Under the pieces are notes generated by a model. It made no database searches. It was not told the DNA's origin and saw only the letters and a list, made by a program, of their open reading frames with translations. A stretch of DNA of 33,982 bases from contig LVLI01000544.1 of NCBI GenBank assembly GCA_001687465.1, positions 1 to 33,982 on the forward strand. The letters run 5' to 3'. A program made the translations under genes and the position numbers. Source of the DNA: Halocafeteria seosinensis. Its lineage: Eukaryota. The number at the start of each line of letters is the position of its first letter. Positions within the stretch are counted from its first letter, which is position 1. This document shows positions 10,301-21,200 of the stretch, piece by piece.

Positions 10301-13019
10301 GAGGTATTTGCCGATTCGCATGAGCATTTATTCCGTACGTAGTCGTACGTAGGCCAGCTGGTGTTGTCTTGTACGTCTTCATGATTTCTGATGGTTTACA
10401 GGTCACGGGTTCGAAAACAAAAATATTCGAAAACTATGGAGCATGCCATCCATACCGATGCAGTTCTTTGAACCTAGTGAACCGAACAATGCACGGATCG
10501 AAGGACGTGGACTATGGGATATTGGAAATTTATACGCGGCTGCCATGGGCACACTTGCCCGATTTGACCTAGAGAGAATGAGATCGCCTGGCGACGAGCC
10601 GCTCTGGAGAATAATTGCCGACAACACGTATAGCGCTGTCCTAGAGTCATACGAGCGCTTAGCAGATATGTACGATACTAGTAGCCAAAACATGGCTGCA
10701 CTTTCTGTGCTCATTCAAGGCATTCTTTTGGGTGCCAAAATCTTAGGAATCGTGATACTAGGGTTGGCGGTATTTCGTCCGGGGATCCATGCCATTGCGA
10801 AAGCGAGGATGGGTTTGCATGGTATTGTTAACAGAATTCCGTATCGGATAGTGAAGTTCTTCCACAAGAAGTATCGCGCTATTGCGGATATATACAACAA
10901 TATTGAAAGAAGCGATGAAGAGACGGCAGATATGTTGGAGAAGAAACTCGAGTCTGAAGAATTGCGTGACAACTCAAAAGTGTATTCCACTAAGCGTTCT
11001 AGCAATCTATGGAATAATGTGAGGACAGTGCCTCTGCAGTCACTCAAGGAGAGGAATAACTCTCAGCTGGAGGAAAACGCAGTCTTTGGCCACAAGCAAC
11101 GGAATGCTGACTCATCGGAAGTAGACAACAAGGCACACTATGTCAATAACGAGTCCCCGAAAAAGACAGTCGCCAGTTCACCGTCGGTGGTGAATCCTAA
11201 AGCAGTAGACCGGTTACGCGAGGAAGACCAGAGGAACTATGACAGCCTGTTGAAACAGCACGACCCCGAGGAAGACATTACTCACTCTGTGGACGAGCAC
11301 CAAATCGGAATGGACGCAGAACATGATGTGCAGCTAAGCTATGCTATGCGCCAAGCAAACGAGACTATACAACGCGAACTTCATGATAAAAGCGTTGCAA
11401 AGGAGTTTCCAGAGTCATATGGACCTGATGGTGTTTTACGGGAGGAGGTTAAACCCGGAGTACAAATTCCGAAGTTGTGTGACCATAATCTACGGCTACA
11501 TGACAAGCTTATGGGAATCCCGAAAACCACAGGTTGCGAAGAGCACAGTGCCGTGGCGACTGATCAGGGGACGAAGCCTGAGGTTGCCGAGGACGAACAA
11601 GACCAAGAAGACAAGACTGCACAGGAAGATGGTGCCGGATTTTTGCTTCCTAGCCAATTGAACATGAGCCCTGACTCAGGCAACCATGCAGTGGAGTCCA
11701 AACAACTCCGCTTGAGTGCCGTAAATCGAAAGTATATGACGGACGGTGGGGCCCGCGGAGAGAAAGAGGGAACCAACGGGTATGACCCCTCAGAAGAATC
11801 ATCTCCTGAACATGCTGATGCAGCGTCCGAGAAGGAGCCGGGAGTAAACTCGAAGGAACAGAGCGGTGACTCAAAACCCTTAGTAACCTCGGATTCCACG
11901 TCGAGCAGTACCACTCAATCCAACAGCGGAGGTGAAGCCAAGGAGGATTTGGCCAACGGAAAGAAACTTGGGAATGCCAACGTTCAACCCTCGCCTCCCA
12001 ACAATAGGTGGGTTAAGGCTGATGCGTCTCCTAACCATGTGCGACGGGACGATGAGGTTCAGCGTTCCACTAGTCAAGGTTTTCCAGCTAGGTCCGTAAG
12101 CAGTTCTCAAATCGGGTCCCAGAATTTGAACCTGCTGCTGCTCCTTTTCAGAGGGCATGGAGGGCATGAAGATGACAAAAGAATTTGGACTCTAGTGGTG
12201 CAATTGTGTTTCGGCGTTCTGGTAATGGCAGGGCTTTTCAGCTCAAGTTTTGTTATGCGCGCCCAACTAATGCGTGGAGGCGCCACCACAGCTTCTGTAA
12301 TCAACTTTGGCTCTCGACGAGTGCACGTCAGCACAGAAATAACTATTCTTGCGCGCGAACTACTCATTAACGATGGAGAGTTTTTTCCATCGTTCAACGA
12401 CACTAGGGATAGACTTCTTGAAAGGATTGATTACTTAAGACTAATCCACAACAGTCTTCGCTTTGGCAACCCAGAATTGAATCTCCCGGGTGGGGCTCTG
12501 GCCAGCACTTCTGACGACTTCCGCGCTCAAGGGAAAAATGAATCGGACGATCCCTATGGAAACGCATTCTTTCCACGTGGAATTGATGTTGGAATCGAGT
12601 TTCTTGAGAACTCGGCGAAACTCATTATTGACCAGTACGATGGCAGAATGCACTTACCTGGACCTAACCGCACGGCATTAGAGCAAGTATCCTTGATACA
12701 CAAAATGGTGCGTCTGGATCGGAACTATATTCGCCCCGCTCTCCTTGATTCCAGCAGACAGTTGTTTAATAGCGGCATATCCTCCTTGGAATCTTTGGAA
12801 TTGTATGAAGGGTTATTGTTCTTGTGTGACCTGTCCGTTTACTTAATCCTGTATTTGACCATTTACCGGACCATCGTAAAACAACTCCGATCAGAAGGGC
12901 GGAGAAGAGAAGATATGCTTTCCTTGATTCCTCGCTCTGTAGTAGAACATACCAAATCTTTGCATGTATTTTTTCAGCGTGGAGGTGGCAAAGATGGTGG
13001 AATGGTTCGTGGTAGGTAG
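7341..13019 (+). CDS. TmcB/TmcC-like (tiny macrocysts family) multipass membrane protein with a TPR-like cytosolic region; 9 exons, ~1701 aa; no PAS or cyclase domain seen
   Basis: Exons 7341-7547, 7614-7767, 7840-7881, 7950-7978, 8053-8122, 8201-8322, 8397-8712, 8787-10334 and 10402-13019 sum to 5106 nt with no internal stop. All introns are GT-AG, 66-78 nt. Family-like motifs: IDWLQ, WPLKALRALVTTVLTAGFIP, FPESVFV, LDLKFLVF, AYTDLLDEYPSS...YGLFCLYVLND, C-terminal MLSLIP. Confidence 0.85.
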
Positions 13020-13393
13020 ACCGGATATCCGTAGCGGTGACTTGGCTGGCTGCCCAGAGCTGTTCTGGACAAAGAGAAAGCCGCCCTGTGAAGGAATCAT
13101 AATGGGCAATAAGACACATGGAGGGGACGTCAGTAGCAGCTTCCACGGGGACAGAAACCCCCGGACAGCTGCTCGTCGGAGTGCGACACAACGAAGATGT
13201 TTTTTCTAGTTTTCTTCTTTGCGACAAGTAACAGGGTGTGCGATGGGAGACACTCTAACTGACACCATTCCTTACTGCACCAAGTGGAAATGCATTCACA
13301 GATACACTCGGTTGTGATTCGAGAACTAAATTATCCACAACTCAGGCATTGAACGCGCCTGCCTTCCTCGTTGTGTCTGTTTAGCTATCGGGA

Positions 13394-15655
13394 TCAAAAG
13401 ATCCAATTCTGGGTACGTGACAAAGGTGAAGCCAATACCCGGTGCACCTCTTCCAACCGGCGAGTGGAGGAAGAACCCCATACACCTATCTTGGTAAGAA
13501 TACCATCCAATGCTGTAGAAATATACTTCGCGAAGGTTGACGTGAGATGCGAACTGTCCCTCATGACCAATAGGTTTTCAACTACAGCTGGGCAGTATCT
13601 TTTGCCACACACAAGTGTGTGTGTGTCGACGAAGTATCCTCCATGTTGTGTTGCGATTCGCTTTTCCAAAGAGTAAAGATCATTGTGTCGACCTTTTATT
13701 TTGTTTCTTGGAGTCGCGCACGTTTGTACGTCTGCCGGATGTTGACTGAGACATGCCGGAGGACTAGGGGAATGAGATATTGTATCTCCAAGAATAACAA
13801 AGCTACAGTTGCTACCCATGGAACCAATCGCACTGAATATAGCGTTATATCCATCAGATTGGTCCTTCTCCGTTCCAACATGCCCGTAGCTTGATGCCAT
13901 CACAAGAACGCTTGGCTTTAGCTTCTTGATAGAAGCTATCGCAGTCTTCCGGAACTTGATGCATGCTGAGCTCTTGAACCGGACACTGCTAACTGGTCCT
14001 GGTGGACAAGAGGCTTTGTAAAATACCGTTAGGCTGTAGTTATGCCGCTTTGCGATACTGTCTAAAGCAGCATACCACTGAATTGCATGGGAGTCTCCAA
14101 AAAGAACCATCAGATCCTTACTAGATGTTTTTCCGCCAAGACAAGTACCTCTTCCCTTGGATGCCTTGCTCCAACAACTAGCTACTTTACGTGCGTAGTG
14201 CTGGGGATTATCACGAGAAGCTTCCTTCAGTGATGGCATAGTATTGTTAGGCAAATACATCTGCATCTCAGCTTTCTGGATAATTTTGTTCCATTCCGCT
14301 AGACTTGAGTAGTTCTGGATGTTGAAAGCACGATCAACTCCTTCTCTAGTCGTGGTACGTCCCTGCGATTGAGAAATTCCGGATATTGTCCCTACGCTGA
14401 TCAGCGTTATCACCAGGCCAAAGAAAATGGTTATCCATGGGTTCTTTCCAAGAAATTGGCTGCGGCGTACTGGATTTTCCACCACGTAAAATGTTAACGA
14501 AGACATTCCAATCGTTAACAGGATCGCGGCAACTCTGCCTGAGGATTCAGAGAGGTTCGGAAATAGCATTGGAGCAAGGCTCAAGAAAGGCCAGTGCCAA
14601 AGATATATAGAATAAGAATGACGACCGATCCACTGGAAAAGTCCGAAACCAAGAACTTTGGCTAACCCTGAAGCACCTGTGGCGGAGACTATCGCCATGC
14701 TTCCTAATACAGGTGGCACCGCCCCCAATCCAGGGAACGATGTTTCCGTCGAATACGTAAAGCAGCATAAAATTATGCTGATCAAACCTATCCATGGATA
14801 GGTCTCCTTAGCCCATTTTGGTAGTTGCTGAGCTTTATGCAACGGGGCAGCAGCCAGTAGCGCTCCGGCAGCCATTTCCCAAGCTCGAGCCGGGAGCAAA
14901 TAGAATGAGAATACGTTCTCATGACGAATCCAGTACTCGCATACTGTTAATGAAACAGCAGAAATAAGAACCAAGAGAATTGACGTGGCAAGTCTGAAGC
15001 TTGGAATGAAAAGGACCAGGTTTAGTACTACCGGCCAGAGAGCATAATACTGCTCTTCCACCGCCAGTGACCAGCAGTAGTGAAGCAGCGGAGATAAAGC
15101 ATCATCAGCGTGGAAGTAGTCTCCCAGTATTTCTGCGAAGTGAATGTTTGCTCGATATGTCGCGACGCTCATTCCATCCTCTAAGAGCGAGGGATAGAGT
15201 AATGGCGGAAGAAGGTACCTTCCCAGGAAAACCGTCGTTAGCAAGACGAGCGCCGAAGCTGGGAGCAGTCTCTTAATTCGTCTAGCAAAGAATCCGGGGA
15301 TACTGATGGTCCCAGATGTATCCACCTCCTTTATGAGCAGGGCTGTCACTAAATATCCACTGAGGACAAAGAAAATATCAACTCCGATAAAGCCTCCGGA
15401 AAACCCGGGAAGTCCGGCGTGGTAGAGGACCACCATCACGACCGCAATGGCTCTCAGACCTTCAATGTCTTTGCGGAATTTCCATGTCGGGGTCTGTTGC
15501 TCACCGCCGCTAAGAAAAGAAGAGCCATCCGATGAACGGTGTTTGAGTAATGCCTCAGTTTCTTCTTCCATCGGGGAGGCATCGGTTTCGGTCGCAACCA
15601 GGGAATTAGCTGCCATTGCCCCTTGCTGCTGATGCTCACTCCCGAACGCTCCCAT
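13394..15655 (-). CDS. OafA/OatA-type O-acyltransferase: acyltransferase-3 membrane domain fused to an SGNH domain; 753 aa; intronless
   Basis: AT3 motifs: FRKDIEGLRAIAVVMVVLYHAG, GGFIGVDIFFVLSGYL, FFARRIKRLLP, WSLAVEEQYY, RAWE, SYSIYLWHWP. SGNH catalytic motifs: GDSHA and DSSH. Confidence 0.93.
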   Translation of the reverse strand: MGAFGSEHQQQGAMAANSLVATETDASPMEEETEALLKHRSSDGSSFLSGGEQQTPTWKFRKDIEGLRAIAVVMVVLYHAGLPGFSGGFIGVDIFFVLSGYLVTALLIKEVDTSGTISIPGFFARRIKRLLPASALVLLTTVFLGRYLLPPLLYPSLLEDGMSVATYRANIHFAEILGDYFHADDALSPLLHYCWSLAVEEQYYALWPVVLNLVLFIPSFRLATSILLVLISAVSLTVCEYWIRHENVFSFYLLPARAWEMAAGALLAAAPLHKAQQLPKWAKETYPWIGLISIILCCFTYSTETSFPGLGAVPPVLGSMAIVSATGASGLAKVLGFGLFQWIGRHSYSIYLWHWPFLSLAPMLFPNLSESSGRVAAILLTIGMSSLTFYVVENPVRRSQFLGKNPWITIFFGLVITLISVGTISGISQSQGRTTTREGVDRAFNIQNYSSLAEWNKIIQKAEMQMYLPNNTMPSLKEASRDNPQHYARKVASCWSKASKGRGTCLGGKTSSKDLMVLFGDSHAIQWYAALDSIAKRHNYSLTVFYKASCPPGPVSSVRFKSSACIKFRKTAIASIKKLKPSVLVMASSYGHVGTEKDQSDGYNAIFSAIGSMGSNCSFVILGDTISHSPSPPACLSQHPADVQTCATPRNKIKGRHNDLYSLEKRIATQHGGYFVDTHTLVCGKRYCPAVVENLLVMRDSSHLTSTFAKYISTALDGILTKIGVWGSSSTRRLEEVHRVLASPLSRTQNWIF

Positions 15656-15917
15656 GTCGGTACGTACTTACTTTAACACTAACACTTTCACCCAAACTGC
15701 CTCGAACCTAGTGACGAAACATAGGCAAATGACTACACGACACGATGGAGTTGCAAACGCACGGGTGGGGTCGACAAGTTGAAGTTGCCGCTGCGGGAAA
15801 CTGGCAGTCTGGCAGTTTCGTATATACCGAGTACTTCAATGACCATCATCGAAGCGAAAATCTTGATTTAGAAAAGAATATCTACGCTAGTCAGCGAAGA
15901 CGTCAAGTAGACGTCGG

Positions 15918-16850
15918 CGGCAAGAAAATTTTGAAGACTGTGGCCGTGATCCAACTTCGACTACAAATCAACCTGCTCTTCGCCGTGGAAATGAAATAGA
16001 TTCCTTGTTCAGTGGACTCTCCGAAGCTGACTTTATGATTGAAGAGTATGTCATCCCTCCATCAGCAGAATCTTTGAACGCGGACGGGAGATATTGAACT
16101 CGAGTCACGCACTGCACGATGCCCAAGTAGTAATGGAAGCCCAACGACACTCGATACAGAGTGCGAGGATCCTCTTACAGGTACTACAACTTCGACGACT
16201 ATCGAATGTGATTTGGAGGGGGCAGAGTGCAGGTATACTGTGCACAATCAGTTATAATTCCTGTATTGCTCCGCTCTGATGATGGAACTACAGGATGAAG
16301 CGACACCAGCATAACTCGTGACGCCATTCGCTGTGATGGAAGAACAATCACTGGCGAGACAGACAAACTCGGTTCATTTGTCTCAAGCCTACTGACGATG
16401 GAATCATCGCAAGCAGCGAGGACCGTGGCGCCTCCTACACCCAGTCCATCGCCTACATCGTCTTCGACCCCAACTCCGTCATCCTCCTCGACATCGACTC
16501 CCAGTGCTACTTCAAGCTCTCCCACTCCTTCGAAGTCAACGTCTAGACTCCCAACCAGTACTCCAAGTCCCACTATGTCAGGTACAGCTACCTCCGCGGT
16601 CACACCAAGCGCTGGACCTTCTTCTAAGGAAGATGATGAAGGCGACAAGGGCAACCAATCGAATTCCGAAACATCAGCTGGAGTTATTGCACGAACCCTT
16701 ATCAGTTCAGTGATTCTTTACAAATAACGCGCTCGTGGGAAGCATGGACACCACCCCGTCATGGATGCCGCAAACGGGAGGAAGCAAGTGGTCTATACTT
16801 TGAAGAACGAGCTGCCTCGGACCAAAGATTTAGAAATTTCCAAAAACTGA
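15918..16850 (+). pseudogene. Decayed type I surface-protein gene with a GPS-like motif, Ser/Thr/Pro stalk and degenerate TM
   Basis: One frame reads ...SDDGTTG*SDTSITRDAIRCDGRTITGETDKLGSFVSSL, then PTPSPSPTSSSTP..., then AGVIARTLISSVILYK*RARGKHG...KN*. In-frame stops lie at 16296 and 16725, with apparent frameshifts near 16085 and 16255. The 5' limit is uncertain (possibly 15745). Confidence 0.55.
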
Positions 16851-18281
16851 TCGACAAGGGGGCAATAACATCTAGTCATTGCACCCTGAGGAAGCACTGC
16901 ACACTAGAATGTAGCCTACTTAGCTCAACGAATATTATGCATGTCGTAGAAAAACTAACCCATGTGTTTTGCTCTGTTCACCTGCACTAATTTCAAATTC
17001 AAACCGAGACTACCGGTAGTATTACGGGTGAGTGTGTCAAGGGCCGATCACGCAGATTTACCTAGTATTGGGCTCTTTTATGTAGAGGATACTTCTCACG
17101 ACACTTTGAGTACTGGACTAATTTTGCCGGGTAGTTAATCACCCAAGAGAAAGATGCGAAATTGAAGCAATGCATGATATGCATGTGTTTGAGAGAAATA
17201 CTTAATACAGTATACGTACATGTGTTTTGTTCACCCACGTCCACACCCTAGACCGACTTGTATGTTTTTCAAGAAGGTTTAAGCCTGCAGTATTCCATGG
17301 AACCATGAAGTGTTGGATACTTGTCAGCTGCAATTGTGTTTCTTAGAAAACCCCACGACGCTTGTGTCTTGTTGCTTTGCTCGAAGCATTCCCCCGGGGC
17401 TGATCGCACCAGTTCTGTTTGCGATCATTCGCGAAGGGCAGTCTGGCAGAATATTCTTCGAGGGCTCTTACGAGGTTTGCTAGTTTGTTTGATTATTTCC
17501 GAGGAGGGAACAGTGGTATCCGATCGATCCATCGGAATATCCTGTTTCGGTAGATCGAAGCAACAACACTGCACCGGCTTGTTTCCAACCGGTAAAGCGT
17601 CTAAGAACCTTGTGCTACCTGGAGCTACCGGATCCCAAACGTTGTGTTGTGGATTGCTTCCCCTTCATTCTACAACTGTACTTGAGCAAACACACACGAG
17701 ACGAAGAGGCATTATAAGAAAGCAGCAAGTACATACCGTGTTCACCTTGCGCAAAGCAACACGACACACCTTGTTTGTGTCTGGAGGACCGTTAGAGGCG
17801 GATGGATGGAAACGAGAGGAGGGTACAACCTAAATGTATGATGACGACCCTCCAGTATCCTTTCTTTCATTTTAACCGTAACCATGAGAGAGGCACGATT
17901 GTCGTCGAACGAGAAAAAATGGAATGCCTGGCGTATCGGAGAATGGCGGATCAGCTTCTTGGAATTCTATGGAAACTTCTTTTGTTCACGACGTGGAGGT
18001 CTTTCTCCGGCATTCAGAGTCCCAAACATATTCTGCAGAGCCACAGAGCCAAGACGGAGAATCTGCAGCACGAATGCCCCAGAATAGGGTCAATGGTGCC
18101 TCAAACAACAGTAGGTGGTTGGAGCACTACACGTACTACCGGTACACTCCAAGAGAGTGGAGAGCAATCCCATACAGCGTGGTGGCACCATTTTTGGTCG
18201 GGGGTGCAGTTTCTGGTGGGAATATGTAAGGACATACTCAGCTTATTATTACAAGTACCATCCGTTTGCGCAGCCAGTGCG

Positions 18282-21200
18282 ATGTTAACTACCGATGTTG
18301 CCGGTCACAGACGGACTTTCGTCAAGGAGGAGCACCGAAGTAGCACGATAAAGGCATCATTCTCCAAATTGTATTTGATTGGAACTTTTATTTTGCTCGT
18401 AAATTCTATCAATGCGACGGATCTGAGGAATTCCATTCAGAATGAAGGAGAAAGTTGTTTCAAGTATACCCCAAGCAAGAATCTATTCGAGCTGAACTGC
18501 ACTCTGTTGGACTGGCAAAAGGCCAACTACGGCAACCACCATCACATAACACTCAAAGCAAACGAAACATTTGATGGAAATGACAACGAAATAGACTTGG
18601 CAAGCTTTAATGATTTTCGGGGTCTCTTTGTAGTGGATGATTCCGGTGTGTCGTCCCTAGAGCGAGCCCCACTTATTAGAAATGTCGATGTAAAGAATGG
18701 GGAGACAAACACGGATGGGGGCTTTATCGTTCAATCAAACCAGAGGTTTTTTATTGTTGATTCCTGTAGTTCTACAGGAGTGATAGATCTCAGGGGAGGG
18801 GGAATATGTGGACGACGTTGTGGTGAAGATATGGGTCATATTTTGATCACTGGATGTCAGTCCACAGGGAAAATCAAAGGCCGTGGTGCCGGTGGTATTG
18901 CAGGGCACCGTATCGCAGAATACTGGGGTAGTGCGAGAATTGTGGATTGTCATTCAATTGGAGATATCGAGGGGGGCGATGCAGGAGGCATTGTAGGAGG
19001 GCTAGTTGCTACGATCGGGGCCACGGCTGACATTATTGATTGTTCTTCCACAGGAAAACTCCTCGGGATTGGTGTTGGCGGTATTACAGGTGATCATGCA
19101 GCTAAGGATGAAGGCACAGTCAATATAAGTGGTTGCTACTCGGTGGGAGACATCCAAGGAGACGATTCGGGAGGCATTGTAGGGGACAGCGCAGGCGACC
19201 GAGATGGCATCGTTACCATTCAGCAGTGTCTCTCTGAAGGAGTTATCTCAGGACGACAGGCTGGTGGAATTACAGGTACAATGGCTGGTGGAGATACTGG
19301 AGATGTTGAAATACAAAAATGTCGTTCTACTGGAGAAATCACAGGACATCGTGCTGGTGGAATTGCAGGTGCGCTTGTTGGTGACAATGGAAACGCTGAA
19401 ATACGACAATGCCATTCTACTGGAGAAATCACAGGAAGTAACGCAGGTGGCATCACTGGATCATGGGCCGGACACGATCATGGGCATACCAAGCTAGAGC
19501 AATGCTACTCTTTGGGAAACGTTGATGGCGCTGACAGCGGAGGCATATGCGGCTGGCGGACTGCGGAGGATGGTGCCAAAGTAGAAATAAGCGATTGCTA
19601 CTCTAGAGGGATGATCAGTGGATCGCATGCCGGTGGTATTTGTGGAGATGAAGTTGGAAAGGACGATGAGTTTGGTGGTGGAGAGCTCTTTATCACCAAT
19701 AGCTACGCGTCTGGTTCCATTGCAGCTGGTGCCGGTGGATTATTAGGTGGTATCGACCCAGATGCAATAGTCGAAGTGAAATACTCTGTATACAATGGAG
19801 GTGACTTGGTGGGGGGAGGAGCAGGTGGATCAGTCGATGTTGATACTGACAACTCCGACAATTTGAAGGACATCGAAGGACAACTATATCTGCAAGGTAC
19901 AACTAACCAATGGTTGAATGATACATGGGTTGTGACGGGAAACAATGGGTTGCCGATATTACGATTTCAGTTTCTTACCACCTCTCCCAGCATGTCGACT
20001 ACTGTTTCCCCTGTCTTCTCCAGCTCTGTATCGCCCACGACTTCCCCGACTGAAACTTATCGAAACTTTCGCTTGGGTCTTCCTACACCTGTCCGAGCTT
20101 ATTATGATTTTAATGACGATGTGGATGCCTTTCGTGATCGAGCAGGTCATTATCACGCCATCAATCAGGGAGCAACCTTGTTGGAAGACCAAGGAACGGT
20201 GGGACATGCACTTTCGTTTGAACGTGGTGAATATGTGGATCTTGAAGGAGCTTTGGATGTTGGAACAGGTAGTTTCACCTTTGCAATTTGGGCGTATCCG
20301 ACTGTCAATGAAAATAATAAGTGGGGAATTCCAGCGCAACATATTTTACGTACCGCAGGCAATGGGCGTCGAACTGAAGTTTCTTTTAGCACCCAAGGTC
20401 GACGGAAGATTCGTTTTGAAAGCAAAAATCAAAATGGAGAGGCCAAAATGTTTAGTCAAGGTGAATTGCCCTTAAACGAATGGACGCATGTGGTGGTGAC
20501 TCGAAAGAATCGTCATGTTACCATCTTTCTAAATGGATCCGAAGACCATCAAAGTCAAGTCTTATCTGGAGCGATAACAGCGTCAGACGGTGCATTGTCG
20601 GATCAACGAGGCTCAAAGGGGGATGGAATGCGAAAAGGCTTCCGAGTGGATCAATGTATTATTTGGCCGCGCGTCCTGTCTGAGATGGAAATTCAGGGAC
20701 TCTACAATTTACGATTCCAGTTGCTTGCCACACCGTCGCCCATAACGACCTCCACGTCGGGTAGTAGGAGCCCCTCCGTAACTCCTACAGAGACGTATAC
20801 ATCCTCTCAAAGCCCAACGAGGTCCAGCACAAGTTCCGCGTCTGTAACAACCACTTCGTCGTTGTCTCCTACGTCATCGCTGTCGGGTAGTTGGAGCCCC
20901 TCCGTAACTCCTACAGGGACGCCTACGTCCTCGAAAACACCGACGAGGTCCGGCACTATTTCCGCGTCTGTAACAACCACATCGTTTTCGCCTCCTATGT
21001 CATCGCTTTCTGGCAGTACGATCCCACCAGTAACTCCCTCAACAAAAGTAACCGGAACAAACCGTTTGTCTTTCACTGCATCCCCGTTTGGTGGGCGGGA
21101 CCGCTCAGTAACTCGTACAAAGACTTATACGTCTTCAACGTCACCGACGGATTCAGGCACAGCCGTAGCCATACCGTCTTCGTCCCTTGCGGATTCGCGG

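Noticed and set aside
16199..16654. 151-aa minus-strand Val/Gly/Glu-rich ORF
   Set aside because: It is the antisense shadow of the Ser/Thr/Pro stalk on the plus strand.
17802..18281. 160-aa N-terminal extension of the GLUG/LamG ORF
   Set aside because: It would place the signal-like segment ~190 aa inside the protein, whereas the paralog starts ~20 aa before its hydrophobic stretch. It is not strictly excluded.
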